64,000 bases of DNA, from the NCBI GenBank assembly GCA_934101795.1, contig CAKORY010000002.1:25200-89199 (forward strand). The letters are read 5' to 3'. This DNA comes from an uncultured Bacilli bacterium (lineage in GTDB: Bacteria; Bacillota_I; Bacilli_A; RF39; UBA660). Shown piece after piece: positions 20,406 to 30,378 of this stretch. The translations under genes and the position numbers were made by a program. Numbering within the stretch: position 1 is the stretch's first letter; each line of letters starts with the position of its first letter. The notes beneath the pieces are model-generated. The model had not been told where the DNA came from. It saw nothing but the letters and a program-made list of their open reading frames with translations, and did not search any database.

Positions 20406-20545
20406 AAAATATCATCTCCGTATGTAGTTATTATATTAAAATTATGTACGTGTTTCAAGTAAACATGAGTTAAATCTGTGTAAATTACATAAATTTGGCA
20501 TTTATTTGAGGCAAAAATCATGGTATAATTATGATGGAGGACCAT

Positions 20546-21247
20546 ATGAAGTTTATAGAATTAAAAAATGTTAATAAAACTTATAAAAATGGAATTACTG
20601 CGGTTGCAGATATGACAGTTAGTGTAGCTAAGGGTGAATTTGTTTTTGTTATTGGTCTAACTGCAAGTGGTAAATCAACATTTATTAAGATGCTTTATAG
20701 AGAAGAAAAACCAACAAGTGGTACTGTTTTTGTTGGTGGTTTAAATGTTGGAAAACTTAGAAATAGAAAAGTTTATAAATTAAGAAGAAAAGTTGGTATT
20801 GTATTTCAAGACTTTAAATTATTACCTAGGCTTACAGTGTATGAGAATGTAGCATTTGCTTTGGAGTGTATTGGTATGAAAGGTTCTGAAATAAGACCTA
20901 AAGTTTTGAATGCTTTAGAAAGAGTTGGACTTAAAGAAAAGGTACGTTCTTTTCCTGGAGAACTTTCTGGTGGAGAACAACAAAGAGTTTGTATTGCTAG
21001 AGCAATTGTTAATGAACCAAAATTATTAATTTGTGATGAACCAACAGGAAATTTAGACCCTGAAACTAGTAAAGAAATAATGAAAGTTATTGAAAATATT
21101 AATAAAGAATTGGGAACCACTATAATTATGGCTACTCATGACAAAGAGATTGTTGATAGAATGAAGAAAAGAGTTCTAGTTATTAATCATGGTGTTTTGA
21201 CTCATGATTATGCGAAAGGAAGTTATAAGACAAATGAGGGCATGTAG
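20546..21247 (+). CDS. ftsE: Cell division ABC ATPase FtsE
   Basis: MKFIELKNVNKTY start, Walker A GLTASGKST, signature LSGGEQQRV, Walker B LLICDEPTGNLD; followed by ftsX. Confidence 0.9.
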   Translation: MKFIELKNVNKTYKNGITAVADMTVSVAKGEFVFVIGLTASGKSTFIKMLYREEKPTSGTVFVGGLNVGKLRNRKVYKLRRKVGIVFQDFKLLPRLTVYENVAFALECIGMKGSEIRPKVLNALERVGLKEKVRSFPGELSGGEQQRVCIARAIVNEPKLLICDEPTGNLDPETSKEIMKVIENINKELGTTIIMATHDKEIVDRMKKRVLVINHGVLTHDYAKGSYKTNEGM

Positions 21248-22127
21248 AATATTTTTTAGAAGTATAAGAGATGCTTTCAAAAGCGTCGTTAGAAATTTTT
21301 CTTTGAGTTTTGCATCAATTATGTGTACAACAATTACTCTTATTTTGGTGGCTGTTGCTATTGTGGCTGCTGCTAATGTTCAAAATGCAACTAAGTTAAT
21401 TGAAGATGAACTTACAATTGTTACATATCTTAAAAAAGATGTAACTGAAGAACAAATTGAAAATATAAAAACTGAGTTGAAAAGTTATAGATATATTGAT
21501 GAAGTAGTATTTAAAAGCAAAGATGAATGGAAGCTTGAAATGAGTAATTATGATGACTCATTTAAGACAGTTCTGGATTATTTAGATGAAAATCCTTTGA
21601 AAGACTCTTTTGTATTGAAGGTAAATGATGTTAAAAAATTAAGTGAAACAAGTGAATATGTTAAGGCCATAACTGGAGTTGATACTGTTAAGTATGGTGA
21701 AGGTATGGTTGAACAAGTAATATCTGTATTTGACGTTGTTCAAAAAATTGTTGTAGTTGTTGTAATAGCTTTAATTTTAGTAACGGGTTTTTTAATTAGT
21801 AACACGATTAAACTTACAATATTTAGTAGAAGAAGTGAAATTGAAATTATGAGGCTTGTTGGTGCTAGTAATATTACTATTAAACTTCCTTTCTTATTTG
21901 AAGGGTTAATTATTGGCTTGATTGGTTCTGTTATTCCAATATGTGTTACTATTTATGGATACGTTATTCTTTACTCAAGACTTCATGGCAAATTATTTTC
22001 AAATATGATTATGCTTATTAAGCCTTATCCATTTGTGTTCTATGTATCATTTATTGTAGTTGCAATTGGAGCTTTGGTTGGTATGTATGGCAGTATTAAA
22101 GCTGTTAGAAAGTACTTGAAGGTGTAA
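21235..22127 (+). CDS. ftsX: Cell division permease FtsX
   Basis: four TM segments with large extracytoplasmic loop; overlaps ftsE stop; start chosen at ATG MRACRIFF. Confidence 0.8.
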
Positions 22128-22129
22128 AT

Positions 22130-23368
22130 ATGAGTGTAAAAAAATTAAGTGGATATTTTGTTAGATATATTTTAGCAATATTTATATTTGTTTCATGTTT
22201 TATTTTTAAACCTGCGGATACTTATGCTAAAGCAAATACTTTTGGAGAATTAAAACAGGAACTTGCTGATTTAAAAGCTAAACAACAAGCTAATAATAAT
22301 AAAAAGAATTTGACTAAAAATCAAATTGCATCTAAGAATAATGATATTAATAATGCTGAAAAAGAAATTGATAATGGAAGACAAAAGATTGAAGAAGCTA
22401 AACAATTAATTAATGATACTCAGGTAAAGATACAAGAACTTGAAGAAAAAACTAATCAGTTAATGGAAGCTTATCAAGTTATGATGAGCAATAATTCATA
22501 TATCGAATTTGTTACTAGTTCTTCATCAATGACCGATTTAATCATGAGAATTGATGCTGTTAAAGAGTTATCTAATTATAATAAAGATAAATTAACTGAA
22601 TTTGAGGAATTAATTAATACTAATAAACAAACTCAAGTTGATTTAGCTAATTATGAAAAAACTTTGGAAGCTAATATAGAAACATATAAAAATAATATTC
22701 AGTCTCTTCAAAATGATTTAGCAAGTCTTAATGAAATAGGAATGGATTTAGTCGATGAGATTAATTCTAAACAACAACTTGTTGACTATTATAATAAAAT
22801 AGGTTGTAAAAGTGAACAAACTTTAGAGGATTGTTCTAGAATTGCTGGTAATGATGCGTGGCTTAAACCTTTAAATAAAGGTAGGGTTAATAGTAAATTT
22901 GGACAAAGAATTGACCCAATTAGTGGTAAACTTAAAATACATAAAGCTGTTGATTTGGGTGGTAATGCAGAAGGTACAAATGTATATTCTATTGGTAATG
23001 GTGTTGTTGTTGGCATTGTTGATGCTAAAAAAACCATGGCTAGAACTGGTAGAAAAGTGTGTGGTGGTAATCAAGTTTATATTCAGTATGTTATTAAGGG
23101 TGAATATTATACTATTTTATATGCTCATTTGCTTACTTTAAATGTTTCAGTATCTCAGAAAGTAACTTCAGAAACTGTAATTGGAAAACAAGGCGGAGGT
23201 ACACAAACTAGATCTTGGGAAAGCTGTTCAACTGGCACACATTTGCATTTTCAAGTAAGTAAACACCAATATGAAGGTTATAATACATTTATGGCTTATA
23301 GTATTGTGCCACCAGGATATCCGGGAGGAGGAGGCTGGTTCTATTCAAGAACTCAGTACTTTAATTAA
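22130..23368 (+). CDS. Coiled-coil M23 peptidase (PcsB/EnvC-like FtsEX-associated peptidoglycan hydrolase)
   Basis: signal peptide, ~230 aa coiled coil, C-terminal LytM/M23 motifs (HKAVDLGG, THLHFQV); immediately downstream of ftsEX. Confidence 0.8.
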   Translation: MSVKKLSGYFVRYILAIFIFVSCFIFKPADTYAKANTFGELKQELADLKAKQQANNNKKNLTKNQIASKNNDINNAEKEIDNGRQKIEEAKQLINDTQVKIQELEEKTNQLMEAYQVMMSNNSYIEFVTSSSSMTDLIMRIDAVKELSNYNKDKLTEFEELINTNKQTQVDLANYEKTLEANIETYKNNIQSLQNDLASLNEIGMDLVDEINSKQQLVDYYNKIGCKSEQTLEDCSRIAGNDAWLKPLNKGRVNSKFGQRIDPISGKLKIHKAVDLGGNAEGTNVYSIGNGVVVGIVDAKKTMARTGRKVCGGNQVYIQYVIKGEYYTILYAHLLTLNVSVSQKVTSETVIGKQGGGTQTRSWESCSTGTHLHFQVSKHQYEGYNTFMAYSIVPPGYPGGGGWFYSRTQYFN

Positions 23369-23369
23369 T

Positions 23370-23867
23370 ATGAAGATAGATATATTAGTTGTTGGTTCTT
23401 TGCAAGAAAATTGTTATGTTGTAACTATTGGAAATAATTCATTTATTGTTGATCCAGGTGATGAAGCAGAAAGAATAATTAATGCTTGCAAAGATAAAAA
23501 TATAAAAGAAATACTTGTTACTCATCATCATTTTGATCATGTTGGAGCTTTAAAAGAGGTTGAAGAATATTTTGGATTAAAAGAAAATGTTAAAAGTGGT
23601 TTATTTGATTATGAAGTAATTAAAACACCGGGACATACAGTTGATAGTTTAACTTATTATTTTTCAAATGAAAAAGTAATGTTTACTGGCGATTTTCTCT
23701 TTTATCATACAATTGGTAGATGTGATTTACCAACTGGAAGTGAAGAAGATATGATGAAAAGTCTTGAGTTAATAAGCAAGTATCCAGATAATATTGAAAT
23801 ATATCCTGGACATGGACCTAAGACAAGTTTAGGTAAAGAAAAACAAAACTTTAAATATTATTTTTGA
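23370..23867 (+). CDS. MBL-fold metallo-hydrolase
   Basis: HxHxDH motif (VTHHHFDHVGAL), later His/Asp ligands (TPGHT, YPGHG); start at ATG MKIDIL. Confidence 0.75.
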   Translation: MKIDILVVGSLQENCYVVTIGNNSFIVDPGDEAERIINACKDKNIKEILVTHHHFDHVGALKEVEEYFGLKENVKSGLFDYEVIKTPGHTVDSLTYYFSNEKVMFTGDFLFYHTIGRCDLPTGSEEDMMKSLELISKYPDNIEIYPGHGPKTSLGKEKQNFKYYF

Positions 23868-23963
23868 ATATGTAAAAGACACGTTGTGTCTTTTTTAGTA
23901 TTGACATGTATATTTTTTTATGATATATCTATTTTAGATATAAATAGGAAAAGGTGAAGATGA

Positions 23964-24608
23964 GTGAAGAAAAAAGTTGATTTTAAAGTTATTCAAATTA
24001 GTTTGTTGATTGTGATAATAGTATTGCTTTTAATATTGTGTTTTATGAACTTAAAACATAAAAAAAATGAAAATATAGATGGAACATCAAAGTTGTGGGA
24101 TATATATGATTTAAATTTAACTGAAATGAAATATAATCTGGATAAAACAATGGATAAACCGAAGGAAAATGTCACTTGTGGTAATTTAAAAGGAATAACA
24201 TTAAAAAATGACTCTTATGAAGCTTTGCTTAATAATTTAGGGTGTTATATTACTTTATATTATTATGGATTAATTGAATATAATGAAACCTATCATAATC
24301 CTATAGCTGATTATAGAAATAAGCATGAAGTTACAAAAAAAGATATTTTAGATTTAAAGCATAATTTGAAAAGCGATACAAGTTTATACTCTAATTTAAA
24401 AGGTATGTTAACGTTAAAAATGGATAAGGAAGGTTCTGGAAATGATTTATATAATGTCGTATCTGAATTTATAAATAAATTTGATGTTTCATTTTATGAT
24501 GGTAATAAAACATATCAAGAAATTTTTTCTTATAAACTTTCTGAGATTTCTTATGTTACTTATTTATCTGATTGGTTAAAAAATGAATATTATAATCTAG
24601 TGAAATAA
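23964..24608 (+). CDS. Hypothetical membrane-anchored protein
   Basis: GTG start after AAGGTGA RBS; single N-terminal TM; no recognisable domain. Confidence 0.35.
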   Translation: MKKKVDFKVIQISLLIVIIVLLLILCFMNLKHKKNENIDGTSKLWDIYDLNLTEMKYNLDKTMDKPKENVTCGNLKGITLKNDSYEALLNNLGCYITLYYYGLIEYNETYHNPIADYRNKHEVTKKDILDLKHNLKSDTSLYSNLKGMLTLKMDKEGSGNDLYNVVSEFINKFDVSFYDGNKTYQEIFSYKLSEISYVTYLSDWLKNEYYNLVK

Positions 24609-24617
24609 TAAAAAAAT

Positions 24618-24650
24618 ACCTCTGCAAAATTGATTGCTGCAGAGGTTTTA
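24618..24650 (+). terminator. Rho-independent terminator
   Basis: acctctgca ... tgcagaggt ttt. Confidence 0.65.
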
Positions 24651-24855
24651 AAATAGCTGAATATCCTAGTTATCGACATAAAATTGATGCAAATATAGTA
24701 AAATATGTCGATAACTGGCAATTTCAAGCCGATTTATTAAGAGATTATATAATGGTTAATGATTAAAATTAATGTTAATGCTGAAGTTTCTTATAATGAA
24801 AAATTACATAAATTTAAATTGATAAAACATCGACATTAAAATTGTCGATGTTTTC

Positions 24856-25224
24856 TTAGTATGTTTTTTCTGAGAAACTGTGAGAATAGATAATTGGTTC
24901 CATGAACTCAACATAGTTTAAATAAATTATTCTAATTAAGTACCAAAGGTTATTTGTGTTATCTCTAATTATAAGATGATCTCTGCCGGCTTCTTCAATT
25001 ATACCTTCATATACTTTGTTTTGCCATGCACTACTGTCTGGGTAAGAAACATAAGCTTTAATCTTTCTTCCTTTGTTAAGTCTTAGAATATTTTCTATAT
25101 AACTTTGTTCTTCTGGCAATTTATTATTTACCTCAGTTACTGACATATTTCCTGGTGGTGTTTGAAAACTTTGACTAGGAAATGTTGGATTTTGATAGAA
25201 ATTACCATTCATTTTTAAATTCAC
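24856..25224 (-). CDS. gerQ: Spore coat protein GerQ-like
   Basis: Q/P-rich N-terminus then conserved YIENILRLNKGRKIKAYVSY core typical of GerQ (YwdL) family; 122 aa. Confidence 0.6.
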   Translation of the reverse strand: MNLKMNGNFYQNPTFPSQSFQTPPGNMSVTEVNNKLPEEQSYIENILRLNKGRKIKAYVSYPDSSAWQNKVYEGIIEEAGRDHLIIRDNTNNLWYLIRIIYLNYVEFMEPIIYSHSFSEKTY

Positions 25225-25310
25225 CTCTAAAACAATATATGTTTTTTATATTAATAATTGCTAAAAAGTTGTTAATCGTTTATAATTGATATAGAAAAGT
25301 GGTTGGAAAA

Positions 25311-26186
25311 ATGGAAAAGATAAATTATAAAGAAATTATATTAGATGGATGTTCTTTGGTTTTTGGGTTATTCTTTTATGCTCTTTGTTTTAATTTGTTT
25401 TTAACTCCGAATGATTTAGTTGTATCTGGTTTTAGTGGTATTGCGATTGTTATGCAAAAATTATTTGGGTGGACACCATCAATATTCTTATTATGTGCAA
25501 ATGTAATTTTACTTATTATTTGCTATATATTTTTAGGATGGGGTACAACGAAGAAAAATATAGTTGGTTCATTACTTTATCCCATTATGGTTACAATTTC
25601 ACTTCCAGTGTCAACTTTCTTAAGTAAGTACCTTATTACTGAAGATTTTTATTTAACTTTGTTATTTGCTCTTATTTTGTATGGCGTAAGTAGTGGATTT
25701 GTTTATAGAAGCGGATTTACTGCGGGTGGTTCTGATATTATAATGCAAATTATTAATAAATATTGTAAAGTTAGTGAATCAAAAGCAATGATATTTGCTA
25801 ATGGTTTAATTATTGTTTCAGGTATGTTTGTATTTGGGTTTACTAAAGGTGTTTATTCATTTATTATTTTGTATTGTTCAACATTCTTTGTTGATAAAAT
25901 TATGTTTGGTATTTCTGACAGTAAGTTATTTTATATTTACACTAGAAAAACTAGAAAAATAAAAAAATTAATTTTAGAAGAATTTCAAACTGGTTTTACT
26001 ACAATACCTGGAACTGGTGGATATTCACATAAAAAGGGACTTATGATTATGTGTGCTGTATCTAATAATGATTATTATAATTTAAAGAAAAGAATTTTAG
26101 AAATAGACCCTAGTGCTTTTATGATTATTGATAAATGTTATGAAGTTAATGGAGGAGTTAAGCGAAGTAATATTCCATTTTTGTAA
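25311..26186 (+). CDS. YitT-family membrane protein (DUF161/DUF2179)
   Basis: 5-6 TM N-terminal region with soluble C-terminal domain, typical YitT architecture. Confidence 0.55.
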   Translation: MEKINYKEIILDGCSLVFGLFFYALCFNLFLTPNDLVVSGFSGIAIVMQKLFGWTPSIFLLCANVILLIICYIFLGWGTTKKNIVGSLLYPIMVTISLPVSTFLSKYLITEDFYLTLLFALILYGVSSGFVYRSGFTAGGSDIIMQIINKYCKVSESKAMIFANGLIIVSGMFVFGFTKGVYSFIILYCSTFFVDKIMFGISDSKLFYIYTRKTRKIKKLILEEFQTGFTTIPGTGGYSHKKGLMIMCAVSNNDYYNLKKRILEIDPSAFMIIDKCYEVNGGVKRSNIPFL

Positions 26187-26217
26187 TATTTGTGATATAG
26201 TTATTATGTGATAAATT

Positions 26218-27174
26218 ATGAAGAAAATTGTTATATTTGGTGGAGGAAGTGGTCTTTCTCAACTTTTAAAAGGTATTAAACTTTTTCCCGTAGAAATAAC
26301 TGCGGTTGTTTCTGTTGCAGATAATGGAGGAAGTACAGGTTTACTTAGAAGAGAACTTAATATTCCCGCGGTTGGTGATATTACGAAAGTTATGCTTAGT
26401 ATGGCTGATACTAATCAAGATGTTATAGATTTAATGAATTATAGATTTACTAAGTCTAAATCTTTGGGTATTCATTCTGTTAAAAATTTGCTTTTAATTG
26501 CTTTGATGGATTTGAAGGGTAGTTTTGCTGGGGCTATGCCAGTTATGGAAAAATTACTTGATGTTAGAGGCAATGTTTTGCCTTTAACTGAAGATAATGT
26601 TAATTTGGTGGGAATTACTTCAAGTGGTAAAAAAGTGTATGGAGAGCATCAATTAACTAAGTGTGCAAATAAAATTGTAGAAGTTAAATATGATAAAGAA
26701 ATTGAGGTAAATCCTAAGGTTATTCATGCAGTCGAAGAAGCTGATTTGATTATTTTTTCATCTGGTAGTTTACTTACAAGCATTGTACCACATTTAATTA
26801 ATAAAAAGTTAGTTAATACAATTAATAAAGCTAAGGCTGATAAAGTATATATTTGTAATTTGTTTACTCAACCGGGAGAAACAGATGATTTTACTGTAAA
26901 AGATCATGTTGATTATTTAGAAAAATATTTAGGTAAAGGTAGTATAGATGTTGTTATTGCTAATAATGAAGTTATTAGTAGTGACTTAGCAAATAAATAT
27001 GCAACAGAAGAACAAAAAGATCCGGTTATTTTAGATATGCATGAACTTGATGAAAAAGATATTTATGTTATTCAAGATAAATTATTTACAATTGAAGATG
27101 GTTGGTATAGACATGATGCGCTCAAAACTGGATATTTACTTTTCTCATATTTAATGGATGGTAAGAGAAAATGA
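26218..27174 (+). CDS. yvcK: Gluconeogenesis factor YvcK (UPF0052/CofD-like)
   Basis: MKKIVIFGGGSGLSQLLKGIK N-terminus is YvcK signature; followed by whiA. Confidence 0.85.
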   Translation: MKKIVIFGGGSGLSQLLKGIKLFPVEITAVVSVADNGGSTGLLRRELNIPAVGDITKVMLSMADTNQDVIDLMNYRFTKSKSLGIHSVKNLLLIALMDLKGSFAGAMPVMEKLLDVRGNVLPLTEDNVNLVGITSSGKKVYGEHQLTKCANKIVEVKYDKEIEVNPKVIHAVEEADLIIFSSGSLLTSIVPHLINKKLVNTINKAKADKVYICNLFTQPGETDDFTVKDHVDYLEKYLGKGSIDVVIANNEVISSDLANKYATEEQKDPVILDMHELDEKDIYVIQDKLFTIEDGWYRHDALKTGYLLFSYLMDGKRK

Positions 27175-28097
27175 CATTTACTACGAGTTTAAAAGAGGAA
27201 ATAACTAAAAATAATATTAATTCTATGGAAGCTAGATATGAATTAATAGCATTTTTAAATAGTGTTGCTAAGTTTAATAAAGAAGAAATTAGTATAACTT
27301 TAGAGAATGCTAGTATTGCTAGAAGAATTTATAAAGAAATAAAAGAAATATATGGTGTTAATCCTAGTATCGTTATAAGAATGCAGAAAAGATTTAAAGT
27401 AAAACAAATATATATTCTTAATATTAAAGAAAAAGTTGATTTTATTAAAAAAGATATTAGTGTTGGAATAAAAATAGAAGTTGACGATTTGGTTAGTGAT
27501 GAGGAAAAAATAGCTTTTTTGGAAGGTGCTTTTCTTGCGGTTGGGAATGTTTCTAATCCAAGTACAAGTGGTTATCATTTAGAATTTATTTTTACTAAGG
27601 AAAGATTAGCTAAACAAGTTCTTAATTTACTTATATATTTTAAACTAAATGCTAAGCTTATTAAAAGAGGTTATAAAACTGTTGTTTATATTAAGGCTAG
27701 TGAAGATATAAGTGATTTAATTAAAAGATTTAAAGCTACTAATTCGTTATTTTATTTTGAAGATATAAGGATATATAGAGATCATAAGAATATGGTTAAT
27801 AGATTAAATAATTGCGAAATTGCTAATCAAGAAAAGACTTTTAGAACAGGACAGATGCAACTGGAAAATATTGATTATTTGAAAAATTATGATTTATATG
27901 GATTACTTGATGAAAACACTAGAATTGTTGCGGATGCAAGAGTTAAGTATCCTGAAGTTTCTATGCAAGAACTTGCAGATATTGTAACGCTTGAAAATGG
28001 TTATAAAATAGGTAAATCTGGGGTTAATCATCATTTTATTAAGATAAAAAACCTAGTTAATAGACATAAAGAAAGAAGTGAAGATTATGATAGTTAG
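27171..28097 (+). CDS. whiA: Sporulation/cell-division transcriptional regulator WhiA
   Basis: 308 aa; LAGLIDG-type degenerate homing-endonuclease-like N-domain and C-terminal HTH; conserved yvcK-whiA pairing. Confidence 0.85.
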   Translation: MTFTTSLKEEITKNNINSMEARYELIAFLNSVAKFNKEEISITLENASIARRIYKEIKEIYGVNPSIVIRMQKRFKVKQIYILNIKEKVDFIKKDISVGIKIEVDDLVSDEEKIAFLEGAFLAVGNVSNPSTSGYHLEFIFTKERLAKQVLNLLIYFKLNAKLIKRGYKTVVYIKASEDISDLIKRFKATNSLFYFEDIRIYRDHKNMVNRLNNCEIANQEKTFRTGQMQLENIDYLKNYDLYGLLDENTRIVADARVKYPEVSMQELADIVTLENGYKIGKSGVNHHFIKIKNLVNRHKERSEDYDS

Positions 28098-28584
28098 ACT
28101 TGCTGCAGATATTCAACCTGATAGTATTTTAGATGGTTCTGGTATTAGAACTGTAATTTGGTTTCAAGGCTGTTTGCATAAGTGTGAAGGATGTCAAAAT
28201 CCTGAGACTCATGATATGAATGGTGGATTTGAAATCGATACTAAAGATATTTGTGAAAAATTAAAAAATTTAAAGTATCAAACAGGTATTACATTATCTG
28301 GTGGAGATCCTTTTTTTCAAGCTAAAGGAGCTTTGGAAATAGCTAAATTTGCTAAAAGTATTGGACTTAACGTTTGGGCTTATACTGGTTTTACATATGA
28401 GGCATTGCTTGCTGGTGATAAAGATAGATTAGAACTTTTAAAAAATGTAGATGTTTTAGTAGATGGTAAATTTGTACTTGCTAAAAAGAGTTTAAATTGT
28501 AAGTTTAGGGGTAGTACTAATCAAAGACTTATTGATGTAAAAAGAAGCATGGAAGAAGGAGATATTGTTTTATATGGAGTTTAG
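28078..28584 (+). CDS. Radical-SAM activating enzyme, anaerobic RNR activase NrdG-like
   Basis: CxxxCxxC cluster motif (GCLHKCEGCQNPETH) near N-terminus, 168 aa; start could be ATG at 28087. Confidence 0.6.
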   Translation: MKIMIVRLAADIQPDSILDGSGIRTVIWFQGCLHKCEGCQNPETHDMNGGFEIDTKDICEKLKNLKYQTGITLSGGDPFFQAKGALEIAKFAKSIGLNVWAYTGFTYEALLAGDKDRLELLKNVDVLVDGKFVLAKKSLNCKFRGSTNQRLIDVKRSMEEGDIVLYGV

Positions 28585-29047
28585 TAATAATGTAAATTAT
28601 GTTATTCTTTCAAATAATGCTGATAAAAAGTTTATGTCTATGTTTGGTATGTATCAAGTAATTGATGTATTATCGTTTGAAAAACTTAAAAATACTTTAG
28701 AAATGTTTCCAAGTAAAAGAGTAGTATTTAATGAAAGTTTAAGTGTATTAAGTAATAAGGAAAAAAAAGAAATATTTGATTTATTAGATAAACAAAATAT
28801 TAATTATGTGAATATTACAAGTAATATAGAAGAATCTTTATTTGGTGATTATGTAATAGTATATGATGAAGATTCTAAAGTTCTTGAAGGTAATAGAGAT
28901 GTTGTTTTAAAGAATGAAAAAATACTTAAGAAACTAGGCTTTGGTGTACCTTTTGTGGTGGATTTATCTATACAACTTATGTATTATGATATTTTAGATA
29001 AAGTTTACTATGATGTTGATAACTTGTTGGAGGCTTTATGGAATTAA
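28565..29047 (+). CDS. Hypothetical protein
   Basis: 160 aa ORF, no motifs; occupies ecfA position upstream of truA. Confidence 0.3.
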   Translation: MFYMEFSNNVNYVILSNNADKKFMSMFGMYQVIDVLSFEKLKNTLEMFPSKRVVFNESLSVLSNKEKKEIFDLLDKQNINYVNITSNIEESLFGDYVIVYDEDSKVLEGNRDVVLKNEKILKKLGFGVPFVVDLSIQLMYYDILDKVYYDVDNLLEALWN

Positions 29048-29592
29048 GTGGTTTAAAGGGAAATATTATCGGAGTAATTAGTAAGGATTACATAGAAGAT
29101 GATTATAGCGGAAAACTTGTTAAGGATATTGTTTTAAATAAAGCAAGTGATGCTTTGAAAATGGTTGGGCTTAATGAAAATACACTTGAATGTAATTTTG
29201 ATGATTTGAGTCATGGTAATAAAAATAGAGTAATACTTGCTAGTAAACTTCAAGATAAATGTATTATTTTAAATAATTTTAGTATTGGATTAACAAGTAA
29301 AGATATAGAATTTTTTAAAAAATTATTTAAAAGAATAACTAGTTATGGAAGAAAAATAATTTTAGTAGATGTAAATAGTAATTTGTTTTTTAATCTTGTG
29401 GATAAAGTGTATGTTATAAGCGATGAAAAAATTTATGAAACAAGTAATATGTTTGATAAAACTTTGGGTGAATATATTGATTTACCAAATTTAGTGGAGT
29501 TTACTAGCCTTAGTGAAAATAAAGGAATTAAAATAAATCATTATAAAGAATTAGATGAACTTTTAAAGGCTATTTATAGGATTAAGTCATGA
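29038..29592 (+). CDS. Degenerate ABC-ATPase-like protein (catalytically dead NBD relic)
   Basis: ABC signature-like LSHGNKNRVILASKL and Walker-B-like IILNNFSIGL with D/E replaced by N; no Walker A in this or preceding ORF. Confidence 0.45.
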   Translation: MELSGLKGNIIGVISKDYIEDDYSGKLVKDIVLNKASDALKMVGLNENTLECNFDDLSHGNKNRVILASKLQDKCIILNNFSIGLTSKDIEFFKKLFKRITSYGRKIILVDVNSNLFFNLVDKVYVISDEKIYETSNMFDKTLGEYIDLPNLVEFTSLSENKGIKINHYKELDELLKAIYRIKS

Positions 29593-30308
29593 GATATTTA
29601 ATTAGATTTAGTTATGATGGAACATTATTTCATGGTTTTCAAAGGCAAAATGATGTTAAAAGTGTGCAAAAAACTTTGGAAGATGCTTTAAGTAAACTTT
29701 TGAGTGTGGAAATAGTTATAAAGGGTAGTGGAAGAACTGATGCTGGTGTTCATGCTTTGGATCAATGTGCTCATTTTGATTATGATGGTAAAATTACTAA
29801 TAAAGAAATTTTTAAATTAAATGAAATATTAAATGATGAAATAGTAATAAAGAATTGTAAAAAAGTACCTAATGATTTTCATGCTAGACATAATGTGAAG
29901 AAAAAGACTTATGTTTATAAAATAAATAATGGTATGTATAAAAAATGTTATGATGGTTATTATTTTCAAATTAAATATTCTTTGGATATAAAAAAAATGA
30001 AAAAAGCAAGTAAGTTGTTTGTTGGAGTTCATGATTTTCATAATTTTGTAAGTGGATTTAGAGTTGATTATACTACTTGTATATACAAGATTAATATTAA
30101 AAGACGTGGAGATATTGTTCTTGTGAAGTTCGTGGGTGCAGGTTTTTATCGTTATATGGTTCGTCATTTAGTTGGTGCTTTACTTGATGTTGGTAGAGGT
30201 AAGGTAGACATTAATGTGATAGAAAATATGCTTTTAAATGAAAATTTAAATAAAAAGCTTAGTATAGTGCCAGCGGATGGACTTTATTTGGTTGAGGTAG
30301 ATTATTAG
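29589..30308 (+). CDS. truA: tRNA pseudouridine(38-40) synthase
   Basis: N-terminal LIRFSYDGTLFHGFQRQ and catalytic RTDAGVHA motif. Confidence 0.92.
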   Translation: MRYLIRFSYDGTLFHGFQRQNDVKSVQKTLEDALSKLLSVEIVIKGSGRTDAGVHALDQCAHFDYDGKITNKEIFKLNEILNDEIVIKNCKKVPNDFHARHNVKKKTYVYKINNGMYKKCYDGYYFQIKYSLDIKKMKKASKLFVGVHDFHNFVSGFRVDYTTCIYKINIKRRGDIVLVKFVGAGFYRYMVRHLVGALLDVGRGKVDINVIENMLLNENLNKKLSIVPADGLYLVEVDY

Positions 30309-30378
30309 TTTCTTAATCGTTGACATTATTACTTTATCGGAGTAAAATAACAACTTGTGATGAAGGAGATATAAGGTT

